Shown here: positions 15,099 through 23,696 of the stretch, one piece after another
Layout of the letters: each line of letters begins with the position of its first letter
How positions within the stretch are numbered: the first letter of the stretch is position 1
DNA from: a virus
Taxonomy: Duplodnaviria; Caudoviricetes
Direction: 5' to 3' (one strand)
DNA: 27,658 nucleotides
Virus record (IMG/VR): IMGVR_UViG_3300028025_000556
Location: 1 to 27,658 of that record
Translations under genes and position numbers: made by a program
The notes under the pieces: model-generated
Told to the model about the DNA's origin: nothing
Database searches by the model: none
What the model saw: the letters and a program-made list of their open reading frames with translations, nothing else

Positions 15099-15283
15099 TG
15101 GCAACGAAGCCTAAATCATCGGTCAATGAGGCTGGCAACTACACGAAGCCAACCATGCGTAAGCGTCTCTTTGAGGAAATCAAGGGTTCTGCTGTGCAAG
15201 GCACTGCGGCTGGTGAATGGTCGGCTCGCAAAGCCCAATTATTGGCAAAGAAGTACAAAGAAAAAGGTGGCGGTTATAAATGA
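15098..15283 (+). CDS. Small basic protein, DUF5872-like N-terminal half
   Basis: YTKPTMRKRLFEEIK...GEWSARKAQLLAKKYKEKGGGYK. Confidence 0.75.
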   Translation: MATKPKSSVNEAGNYTKPTMRKRLFEEIKGSAVQGTAAGEWSARKAQLLAKKYKEKGGGYK

Positions 15284-15513
15284 AAGCCACACAAAAAAGC
15301 CTCAAAGATTGGTCAAGTCAAAACTGGCGCACCAAGTCGGGAAAGCCATCGTCTGAAACAGGCGAGAGATATCTGCCTGAGAAGGCGATTAAGGCATTGA
15401 CAGCGGCTGAATATGCGGCAACCACAAGGGCAAAGCGTGAGGCTACAAAGGCTGGGAAGCAGTTTGCCAAGCAGCCCAAAAAGATTGCTGAAAAGATCAA
15501 GGGGTTCAGATGA
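15280..15513 (+). CDS. Small basic protein, DUF5872-like C-terminal half
   Basis: QKSLKDWSSQNWRT...GERYLPEKA...GKQF; ATGA overlaps on both sides. Confidence 0.75.
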   Translation: MKATQKSLKDWSSQNWRTKSGKPSSETGERYLPEKAIKALTAAEYAATTRAKREATKAGKQFAKQPKKIAEKIKGFR

Positions 15514-15788
15514 AAGACCCAAGACTAACTCGTGCTGGTGTTGAAGGTTTTAACAAACCCAAGCGTACCCCAAGTCACCCAACAAAAAGCCATGTCGTTG
15601 TGGCAAAGGCTGGTGATGAAGTGAAGCTGATTCGTTTTGGTCAACAGGGCGTGTCTGGTTCACCTAAGCGTGAGGGCGAATCCAAAGCCGACAAAGCAAG
15701 ACGTGAATCATTTAAGTCTCGCCATTCTGAAAATATTGCCAAAGGCAAAATGAGTGCAGCATATTGGGCTGATAAGGTGAAGTGGTAA
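15510..15788 (+). CDS. Small basic hypothetical protein, 92 aa
   Basis: KLIRFGQQG...RRESFKSRH...SAAYWADKVKW; coupled on both sides. Confidence 0.75.
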   Translation: MKDPRLTRAGVEGFNKPKRTPSHPTKSHVVVAKAGDEVKLIRFGQQGVSGSPKREGESKADKARRESFKSRHSENIAKGKMSAAYWADKVKW

Positions 15789-17194
15789 TGCAAATCCCTA
15801 TCTTGAATGGTATCTACACCGACAGCACCCCTGAACTGCGTACCAGTTACCCAGTGAACCTTGTGCCTGTGCCAAAGCAATCAGGCATCAGCAATGGGTT
15901 TCTGCGACCAGGCGATGGCATTGTGGCAAACGGCACAGGGCCAGGAGTCGACCGAGGCGGCATCAATTGGCAAGACAACCTATATCGAGTGATGGGTACA
16001 AAGTTGGTGGAAATCGACAGCGCAGGCACAGTTACAGTACTTGGCGATGTGGGTGGGCCAACCAATCAATTGGTGACATTTGATTACAGCTTTGATTTAC
16101 TTGCTATTGCATCTGGTGGTCGCTTGTATTACTGGAATGGTTCAACACTGACGCAAGTGACTGACGGTGACTTGGGCGTAGTTCTTGACTTCTGCTGGGT
16201 TGATGGTTACTTCATGACCACAGATGGGGAGTTTTTAATCGTCACCGAATTGTCTGACCCATTGGTTGTGAATCCATTGAAGTACGGTAGTTCAGAAGTT
16301 GACCCTGACCCTGTGGTTGCTTTACTGAAATTGCGTAATGAGGTTTATGCGCTGAACAGGAACACCGTAGAAGTATTCGATAATGTGGGCGGTGAACTTT
16401 TCCCATTCGCTAGAATTGATGGCGCACAAATACAAAAGGGTGTTATTGGAACACAGGCTTGTTGCGTTTTTATCGAACGCATTGCATTTTTAGGCAGTGG
16501 AAGAAATGAAGCTCCAAGCATTTACATAGGTGCGGCAGCAACAACGCAAAAAGTAAGCACTCAGGAAATAGACAATCTTTTGCTTGAATACACCGAGGCT
16601 CAATTATCCTTGGTTAAGTTGGAGGCTAGAAATGACAAGAGTCACCAACACCTTTATGTGCATTTGCCTGACCGCACCATAGTTTATGACGCATCCGCAT
16701 CTGAGGCTTTACAAACTCCTGTCTGGTTCACGCTGACAACAACAATAGTTGGATTTGAACAATACCGAGCCAGAAACTTAGTTTGGGTGTACGACAGATG
16801 GATGGTTGGCGACCCACAGTCCACCAATATCGGTTACTTGGTTCAAGATACAGGACACCATTGGGGTCAACGAGTGCGCTGGGAATTTGGCACATTGATT
16901 GTCTATAACGAGAGCAATGGTGCAATATTTAACAAGATGGAATTGGTCAGTCTGACAGGAAGCATTGTGCTTGGTAAAAATCCGCAAATCAGCACAAGTT
17001 ACTCTTTGGATGGGCAGACTTATTCACAAGAAAAGTTTATTCCTGTCGGCACGATTGGCAACCGCAATAAGCGTTTGGCTTGGTTTCAGCAGGGTCACAT
17101 GAGGAACTGGCGTATCCAGCGTTTCCGTGGCGATAGTGATGCCCATGTGTCTTATGTGCGCTTAGAGGCACAGATTGAAGCATTGGCATACTGA
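15788..17194 (+). CDS. Tail hub / packaged DNA stabilisation protein (P22 gp10-like), 468 aa
   Basis: beta-propeller-like sequence, LYRVMGTKL, WVDGYF, SEVDPD; TAATG-coupled ATG 15788; synteny. Confidence 0.88.
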   Translation: MQIPILNGIYTDSTPELRTSYPVNLVPVPKQSGISNGFLRPGDGIVANGTGPGVDRGGINWQDNLYRVMGTKLVEIDSAGTVTVLGDVGGPTNQLVTFDYSFDLLAIASGGRLYYWNGSTLTQVTDGDLGVVLDFCWVDGYFMTTDGEFLIVTELSDPLVVNPLKYGSSEVDPDPVVALLKLRNEVYALNRNTVEVFDNVGGELFPFARIDGAQIQKGVIGTQACCVFIERIAFLGSGRNEAPSIYIGAAATTQKVSTQEIDNLLLEYTEAQLSLVKLEARNDKSHQHLYVHLPDRTIVYDASASEALQTPVWFTLTTTIVGFEQYRARNLVWVYDRWMVGDPQSTNIGYLVQDTGHHWGQRVRWEFGTLIVYNESNGAIFNKMELVSLTGSIVLGKNPQISTSYSLDGQTYSQEKFIPVGTIGNRNKRLAWFQQGHMRNWRIQRFRGDSDAHVSYVRLEAQIEALAY

Positions 17195-18063
17195 TGGCAA
17201 CCGCACCGATCTCTCGCAGACTTAACTTAACCCGTGACCAGCTTGCGGAGTTTTTGACCGATCAACAACAGATCAGGCAGTTTGAGTTGCTGTTTTCTAC
17301 TGTTGATGTACTTCAAGTTCTTGTTGGGACTGACTTTGAATATCAGGCTGGCAATGCTGCGGCAACCGCAAATGATGCGCTGGCGCAGATTCAAGCACTT
17401 TCGCAAAATACTGCGGTAGAAGATGCGGCATTAAGCGCAAAGGCACAGGATGCACTTGATAGGATTGCACTGTTGGCGCAAGAAACTGCGGTGACTGTGG
17501 CATTGGCTGAAAGCAAGGCAAATCAAGCCTTGGCATTGGTGGACAAACTGAATAAAGCGGTTGAGGGCTTGCAGATGACCCCACCACCAAGGGAGTTCAA
17601 AAGGGCAAGATATGGTTCGTTTTACGACACTACCACTCAGACAGCTACCACAATCAACACAGCCAAGGCCATCACGTTTAACAATACCGATCTGAGCAAT
17701 GGGGTATTTATTGGAAGTCCAACATCAAGAATCGTGGTGGATAGCGAGGGCATCTACAACTTTGACACCTCGTTCCAGTTGGATAAAACATCAGGCGGTA
17801 CGGCAGAGTTCTATTTTTGGTTTCGGCTCAACGGTGTGGATGTGCCAGACAGCGCAAGCCAAATCAGGGTTCAGGGTAATAATGGTGAGATTTTTTCATC
17901 GCTGAATTTCTTTTTTGACCTCAAAGCCAATGATTATGTTGAACTGATGTTTTCGGTGAGCGATCTCAGTGTTGAATTACTTTCTGTTGCCGCAACCGCC
18001 CCTGTTCCAGCTATTCCATCCATAATTCTCACAGTCAACAACAATATCGGAGGTGTCCAATGA
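17194..18063 (+). CDS. Tail needle-like protein (gp26 position) with coiled coil and C-terminal knob
   Basis: Ala/Leu/Gln heptads residues ~50-125, then beta-sandwich with GIYNF and NDYVELM (C1q/TNF/BclA-like pattern). Confidence 0.65.
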   Translation: MATAPISRRLNLTRDQLAEFLTDQQQIRQFELLFSTVDVLQVLVGTDFEYQAGNAAATANDALAQIQALSQNTAVEDAALSAKAQDALDRIALLAQETAVTVALAESKANQALALVDKLNKAVEGLQMTPPPREFKRARYGSFYDTTTQTATTINTAKAITFNNTDLSNGVFIGSPTSRIVVDSEGIYNFDTSFQLDKTSGGTAEFYFWFRLNGVDVPDSASQIRVQGNNGEIFSSLNFFFDLKANDYVELMFSVSDLSVELLSVAATAPVPAIPSIILTVNNNIGGVQ

Positions 18064-18395
18064 CAGTCATAGTAAAAGTGCTAATCCCTGCGAAGCAAGC
18101 AGAAAATGCGCAGACCACCCAATACACCGCAACAAATGTCAAGGCAATTATTGACAAGTTTACGGTGACCAATACCAGTGCCAACAATGTGACTTTTAGT
18201 TGCAATTTAGTCACTGTGTCTGGCTCAGCAAGCGCATCCAACCTGATTATTGACACACGCACCATCGTGCCAGATGAAACTTACACTTGCCCAGAGTTGG
18301 TGGGTCAGGCATTAGACGTTGGTGGGTTTATTTCAACAATCGCAGGAACGGCAACGTCCCTGACTATCCGAGCATCAGGCCGAGAAATTTCATAA
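18060..18395 (+). CDS. Putative virion protein, 111 aa
   Basis: ATGA-coupled, GGAGG RBS, beta-rich. Confidence 0.7.
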   Translation: MTVIVKVLIPAKQAENAQTTQYTATNVKAIIDKFTVTNTSANNVTFSCNLVTVSGSASASNLIIDTRTIVPDETYTCPELVGQALDVGGFISTIAGTATSLTIRASGREIS

Positions 18396-18405
18396 GGAGC
18401 TAGAA

Positions 18406-18801
18406 ATGAAAGAATTTATGGTTATTCCACGGGGCTTTAATGGCTTGCCGATGGAAGAAGAATTTTTGACCAATGCAGAGAATAAAAAGAACTATGCCGT
18501 TGCGGTTGCTGATTGGAACTATGGCCCTGAAATGCCCACCAATGAGGCTGGCGCAAATAAGGAGTTTTACGCTGGTTTGGCAGAGGCTATGCAATGCGAT
18601 GAAAAAGACGCAAGACGCAAGCATTGCTCAAACTGCGAGTATTACGACAACAGCTTCATGACCCAAGTCAGGATTGAGCGCATCCCAATGGCGGCTTATG
18701 ACAAGGGCGCAGGATTCAGGGGTCATTGCGAAAAGCTGAACTTTATCTGCAACGATATGCGGGTTTGTCAGGCTTGGGAAGATGAAGAAGAAGAGGATTG
18801 A
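18406..18801 (+). CDS. Cys-motif (HiPIP-like) metal-binding protein, 131 aa
   Basis: AGGAG RBS; CSNCEYY...GHCEKLNFICNDMRVCQAW. Confidence 0.65.
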   Translation: MKEFMVIPRGFNGLPMEEEFLTNAENKKNYAVAVADWNYGPEMPTNEAGANKEFYAGLAEAMQCDEKDARRKHCSNCEYYDNSFMTQVRIERIPMAAYDKGAGFRGHCEKLNFICNDMRVCQAWEDEEEED

Positions 18802-18854
18802 CCTTTTGTCAATTTGTGCGAAAATCAAGCCGCTGAGTTCTGGCATCCAGCGGC
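18798..18854 (+). promoter_or_regulatory. Candidate promoter plus leader hairpin for the ejection module
   Basis: TTGACC, 16 nt, TGc-GAAAAT (18798-18825); stem GCCGCTG(18829-35)/CAGCGGC(18848-54). Confidence 0.45.
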
Positions 18855-18857
18855 CTG

Positions 18858-18870
18858 CCCTAATTAGGAG
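18858..18870 (+). repeat. 13-bp repeat CCCTAATTAGGAG, copy 1
   Basis: Identical to 23675-23687; contains palindrome CCTAATTAGG and the RBS. Confidence 0.85.
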
Positions 18871-18876
18871 TTTTGG

Positions 18877-19320
18877 ATGACCAATGGACTGCGAGAAAAC
18901 TTGACAAAAGTTTTTATGCTACCTGCGCCAGCCGTAGAGTGGCTACTCATGGTCTTTGACGCAATCCAAGTCTTTGATGATGTTGCCGATGGCGACCAAG
19001 TGGCACGAGAAGACCTCAATGCGACCATTTGGAACACATTGGTGGGTATGCACCAGAACTCTTTTTTTATTGCCAACAGCGCCCATTTAACGCCTTTGCT
19101 GGCGACAATGATTCTCAAGTGGCAAGCCTCGGACACGGCAGAGCGAAATAAACAAGCAGATGCCAAGTCGTTCATTTGGCGAGCCGGATATTACGACTTG
19201 ATTTTAATGACCGTTTCGCTAGTACATGGGGCTGGATATGCCACAAAATATGGTCATCATGTGATGGCTTTGTATGGCGAAACTTTTGAAGATTATATGA
19301 AGGAGTTTGGCGATGCCTGA
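18877..19320 (+). CDS. All-alpha hypothetical protein with DDxxD motif, 147 aa (P22 gp14 position)
   Basis: FDAIQVFDDVADGD; AGGAG RBS; precedes the ejection proteins. Confidence 0.7.
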   Translation: MTNGLRENLTKVFMLPAPAVEWLLMVFDAIQVFDDVADGDQVAREDLNATIWNTLVGMHQNSFFIANSAHLTPLLATMILKWQASDTAERNKQADAKSFIWRAGYYDLILMTVSLVHGAGYATKYGHHVMALYGETFEDYMKEFGDA

Positions 19321-20032
19321 TCCAATAACCGCCCTAGTAGTTGGTGGAAGCCAACTTATCGGAAGTTCAATGCAAGCCAAAGCCGCAGGTTCAGCGGCAG
19401 ATATTCAATCTGGCGCAGCTCAAGCAGGCATTGAAGAACAACGCAGACAGTTTGATGCTTTGCAAGCGATATTGAAACCCTATGTAGAGGTTGGTGCGCC
19501 AGCGATTACTGGTTATCAAGAATATGCTGAAGCAGGGCCAAAAGCCTTTGAACAACAGCAAGCATTAGCTGGTGTTCTTGGCCCTGAGAGACAGAGAGCA
19601 GCGATTGCCGAAATTGAGCAGGGCGCTGGATTTCAAGCCAGAGTGCGATCTGGTGAAGAAGCGTTATTGCAACGTGCATCTGCCACAGGTGGATTGCGTG
19701 GTGGGAATATCCAAGCGGCATTGGCTCAATTTAGACCACAAATGTTGGAAAAAGAAATTGAGACTCAATACGGAAGGCTTGGTGGCTTCTCAGATATTGG
19801 GCGTGAAACACAGGCTAATTTGCTGAAAATTGGTCAAGCATCTGCCGCAGGAGTAGGCGCACAAGGCATAACTACTGGAACGAATATTTCAAACTTGTTG
19901 GCTCAACAGGGTGCAGCACGAGCTGGTGGTGAGATCGGTGAAGCAAAGGCTTATGGTTCATTATTCAACTTGCCTGGTCAATTGCTTGGTTTCCAATATG
20001 GCGCAGGAAAAACTCCAGGACTTGGGTTTTAA
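19313..20032 (+). CDS. DNA ejection/transfer protein (P22 gp7-like), 239 aa
   Basis: Hydrophobic Gly/Ala N-terminus, ASATGGLRGGNIQAALAQF motif; AGGAG 19301-05 supports ATG 19313. Confidence 0.8.
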   Translation: MPDPITALVVGGSQLIGSSMQAKAAGSAADIQSGAAQAGIEEQRRQFDALQAILKPYVEVGAPAITGYQEYAEAGPKAFEQQQALAGVLGPERQRAAIAEIEQGAGFQARVRSGEEALLQRASATGGLRGGNIQAALAQFRPQMLEKEIETQYGRLGGFSDIGRETQANLLKIGQASAAGVGAQGITTGTNISNLLAQQGAARAGGEIGEAKAYGSLFNLPGQLLGFQYGAGKTPGLGF

Positions 20033-20042
20033 GGATTAGAAC

Positions 20043-21476
20043 ATGGCAACGATTAACCCTTTAATGCCCCCAATTAATTACACAGTGGATGTGCAAAGTC
20101 CATTTGAGTCTGCTTTAGGCGGGTTCAAACTTGGTGCTGGAGTTGCTGAAATACAAGCGTCACAGCAAAGGCGTGAACTTGAACGCAAAGCATTAGAGCA
20201 AGCACAGCAACGACAAACTGAACTTGCTGATTTGTATAAAAACCCCAATGCAACAGCGGCAGATTATGAACGTGTAGCGGCATTTTTGCCTAAAGATCAA
20301 GCAGGAATCGTAATGCAGGGTTTTGAAAGAAAAACCAAAGAGCAACAACAGGCTGATTTGCGTATTGGCGGTGAAGTTTACTCAGCCATCAAATCGGGAA
20401 ATATTGATATTGCAAAACGTAGACTTACAGAAAAAGCAATTGCATTACGCAACAGTGGTCGTGAAAGTGAAGCAAAGGCCGCAGAAGATTCTTTGGAATT
20501 AATAAATTTAAATCCAACAGGAGCGCAAGCAACAATTGGTTTATACATGGCAAGACTGCCTGGTGGCAAAGAGTTTCTTGAGAGTGCTGACAAAGCACTT
20601 AGCACAATAAGAACAGAAGAACTCCAGCCAGCCGCATTGAAAAAAGCCGTGGCAGATTCCGAAAAAGCTGTTTCTGATGCAATAGTAGCAAAAGAAACAG
20701 CAACAAATGCACCAGCAATGGCAAAAGCTGATGCAGATTTAAAAGCTGCTCAAGCACAAAAAGCACAAGTTGAAGCTAAGTATGCAGAACAAGTTACTAA
20801 GTTAGGCATCCGAAAAACTGAAGAAGATATCATCATCAATAAAGAGAATGCTCGTATTTCTGCATTAAATGCAGCGATAGCAAGAGAGACAAATGTAATC
20901 AGACAGGGAGAATTACGGCAAAAAATTGATGATGCAAAAGAAAAGCGTGATGCGGCTGATAGAGAACAACAAGCAACACTTGCCAATCAATCGGCAGACA
21001 TTGACAACTTTATCAACACTGCCACAAGAATCAAGCAGACACCAAGAAATATTATCAATTCTGCTACTGGCCCAATAGCATCAAGATTACCAACTACCAA
21101 TCAGGATGTTGCTGATTTTGAGGCATTGGTTGAAACACTTGGTTCACAGGCGTTTCTTGCCCAGATTCCAAAGATTAAGGGAACTGGTAACTTGACTGAA
21201 AAAGAGGGTGACAAACTTCAAGCATCTTTGCAGAACTTGTCACTAAAACAATCACCAGATCGATTATTGGCAAATGTGGATGAAGCAGTGCGATTGTTGG
21301 AAAAAGCAAGAGTTACTATTACAGCCCGTTCAGGATTGCCAACTGTGCCAAGTGATGTGCCAGCAAGAGAATTGAACGTTACAGTTGGTGGGATTACATA
21401 CAATTTCCCAACAAAAGCTGCTGCTGATGCGTTTAAAAATTCGGATGCTTACCGAAGAGCCGCAGGGACTAGATAA
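20043..21476 (+). CDS. DNA ejection protein (P22 gp20-like)
   Basis: Helical Q/A/K-rich; KGTGNLTEKEGDKLQASL motif; synteny. Confidence 0.75.
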   Translation: MATINPLMPPINYTVDVQSPFESALGGFKLGAGVAEIQASQQRRELERKALEQAQQRQTELADLYKNPNATAADYERVAAFLPKDQAGIVMQGFERKTKEQQQADLRIGGEVYSAIKSGNIDIAKRRLTEKAIALRNSGRESEAKAAEDSLELINLNPTGAQATIGLYMARLPGGKEFLESADKALSTIRTEELQPAALKKAVADSEKAVSDAIVAKETATNAPAMAKADADLKAAQAQKAQVEAKYAEQVTKLGIRKTEEDIIINKENARISALNAAIARETNVIRQGELRQKIDDAKEKRDAADREQQATLANQSADIDNFINTATRIKQTPRNIINSATGPIASRLPTTNQDVADFEALVETLGSQAFLAQIPKIKGTGNLTEKEGDKLQASLQNLSLKQSPDRLLANVDEAVRLLEKARVTITARSGLPTVPSDVPARELNVTVGGITYNFPTKAAADAFKNSDAYRRAAGTR

Positions 21477-23680
21477 TGTCAAAAGAACTTGAAGCACTAG
21501 CAAAGCAATTGGGCGGTACGGTTCAGTCATCTGCCGAGCCTTTTCGTGTAGAAATCTCTGGTGGTGTACCCATCTTTGCTGAAAGTCCAAAAGCAAGCAC
21601 TATTACACCTCCATCAGGTTTTCAATTATTGTCAGTAAAACAAGCTGATGTAAAACCATCAGGTTCTTACTATGACGAGACATTGAACGCATGGTTTGCA
21701 CCTACAGGCCAAGCAATAGCAGAACCCGCTAAAACAGAAGACCTTGCGGCACTTGCAACTCAATTGGGTGGAACTGTTGCAGTACCCGCAACAACAGCAA
21801 CTGGACTTGCTGGTGCGGCAACCAGAGGATTGGCTTTGCCTGCGGCTGGTGCGGCTTTAGGTGCTGCTATGGGTGCTCCATTTGCTGGTGTTGGTGCGAT
21901 ACCAGGCGCTATTGCAGGAGCTGGTGCTGCGACACTTGCAGGACTTCTTGGCGACCCAATTATTAGCGGTGTAAATACTATTTTCGGCACAAAATACACT
22001 TTGCCAACAGATGCAATGGAAGACTTGCTGACTCGTGTTGGCGTGGCTGAACCTCGCACAGCAGCCGAACGTATTTTGCAAACTACAGCCGCTGGCGCAA
22101 GTGGTGGCCTTGGTGGTGTTGCTGTGGGCAAAGCTGTAGAAGCTGCGGCAACAAGTCCAGTTACCCGTGAAGTTGGCAGATTATTGGCAACGACACCAGC
22201 ACTTCAAACAATTAGTGGTGGTACTGCTGCTGGTGCTGGCGGCCTTGCAAAAGAGGCGGGTGCTGGCACTGCTGGGCAGATTGCGGCAACCGTTGGCGGT
22301 GCTTTTGTTCCATCTATACCAGCGGCAACTAGGGCGGTGACTCAGCAAGTTGCAAGGCAGATTGCACCAACGGGTGCTGGTATTCGTGAAAGACTCGAAC
22401 CAACAACGATTCAGCAATTACGTGCCGGAAAAGAAGCTCCAACCGAACCAACCACTAGAGAATCTTTGCAAAGCATCAAAGCGACTGTAAGTGAAAAAAT
22501 CTCACCACAAGAGCAACAAAATATTGCAAAACAGATTCAGCAAAGTCCAGACTCTACTGAAGTCGTTAATTTCCGTCTTTCAGGCACACAGGCTGTTCCT
22601 GATAATCAAGCAGTAGATGCCATCAAGCAAGGCTGGAAAGATGGCACGATTGCAAGCATCAAGGCGGCATCTGACAAAGATCGTCAAGCCATGACCAAGA
22701 TGCTTAATATGTTCAAGATAGGTGAAAAGAATGAGAAGTTTCGTGCTTTAAACCGACCTGCTGATGTTCTTGGTGATACTGTTGATTCAAGAATTCAGTT
22801 CTTGTCAAGTGCCAATAAACAGGCTGGTGCTGATATAAATAAAATTGCTAATGCTCAATTGCGTGGTCAGAGAGTTGATTTTGACCCTGCCGTAAATACT
22901 TTTCTTGATGACCTTGGTGCTTTGGGCGTTAAGGTTGAACTTGACGCAAACGGGGTCGCCAAGGCCAATTTGCAAGGTTCTGACATACAGGGAGACAGAC
23001 AGGCTCAACGTGTCTTAAACATGGTTTTAGAGCGTTTGAGCACCGTTAAAGCCCCTGATGCTTATGGCGTTCATACGGCCAAGAGATTTATTGATACTCA
23101 GGTTGATTTTGGCAAAAGAAGTCTTGCCAATCCGTTGACTGCACAAGCTGAACGCACATTGAAGAATTTGCGTAGAAATTTGAACACGACGCTTGGTGAT
23201 AGTTTCCCTGAGTACAGAGCCGCCAATGAGAAGTATTCAGACACCATCACTGCGCTTGATGACTTGCAAAAAGCCGCTGGCACAAACATCGATTTTGATT
23301 CAGCAAATGCAAACAAGCAACTTGGCACAGCGATGCGTAAGTTGACTAGCAACTATGGCACACGAGCAAATTTGATTGACGCACTTGACCAAGCCAATAG
23401 CACATCAACAAAATATGGTCTGAAGTTAGATGATGACATTGTGAATCAGCTTATCTTTGTCAATGAACTAGACAGGATGTTTGGAGCAGCCGCCCAGACC
23501 TCATTAAAGGGTCAAGTTGCTGAAGCGATGCAGACAGGTGTTGACATAGCCCGAGGTGGTGCGGCAAGACGAGCATTAGAATTGCTTGCTGAAAAGGCTG
23601 AAGAATTGCGTGGCATTAACAAAGAAAATGCTGTCAAAGCAATGGAAGAATTGCTCAAGCGTAAAGCTGGTCAACCCTAA
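21476..23680 (+). CDS. DNA ejection protein (P22 gp16-like)
   Basis: 734 aa; Gly/Ala-rich membrane-like segments then helical domain; third of three; TAATG coupling. Confidence 0.75.
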   Translation: MSKELEALAKQLGGTVQSSAEPFRVEISGGVPIFAESPKASTITPPSGFQLLSVKQADVKPSGSYYDETLNAWFAPTGQAIAEPAKTEDLAALATQLGGTVAVPATTATGLAGAATRGLALPAAGAALGAAMGAPFAGVGAIPGAIAGAGAATLAGLLGDPIISGVNTIFGTKYTLPTDAMEDLLTRVGVAEPRTAAERILQTTAAGASGGLGGVAVGKAVEAAATSPVTREVGRLLATTPALQTISGGTAAGAGGLAKEAGAGTAGQIAATVGGAFVPSIPAATRAVTQQVARQIAPTGAGIRERLEPTTIQQLRAGKEAPTEPTTRESLQSIKATVSEKISPQEQQNIAKQIQQSPDSTEVVNFRLSGTQAVPDNQAVDAIKQGWKDGTIASIKAASDKDRQAMTKMLNMFKIGEKNEKFRALNRPADVLGDTVDSRIQFLSSANKQAGADINKIANAQLRGQRVDFDPAVNTFLDDLGALGVKVELDANGVAKANLQGSDIQGDRQAQRVLNMVLERLSTVKAPDAYGVHTAKRFIDTQVDFGKRSLANPLTAQAERTLKNLRRNLNTTLGDSFPEYRAANEKYSDTITALDDLQKAAGTNIDFDSANANKQLGTAMRKLTSNYGTRANLIDALDQANSTSTKYGLKLDDDIVNQLIFVNELDRMFGAAAQTSLKGQVAEAMQTGVDIARGGAARRALELLAEKAEELRGINKENAVKAMEELLKRKAGQP

Positions 23681-23687
23681 TTAGGAG
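23675..23687 (+). repeat. 13-bp repeat CCCTAATTAGGAG, copy 2
   Basis: Identical to 18858-18870. Confidence 0.85.
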
Positions 23688-23696
23688 AATAAATAA

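Noticed and set aside
18829-18859. Second pseudoknot (loop GGCA with downstream TGCC)
   Set aside because: The 1-nt linker is too short to cross a 7-bp stem; kept only as a hairpin.
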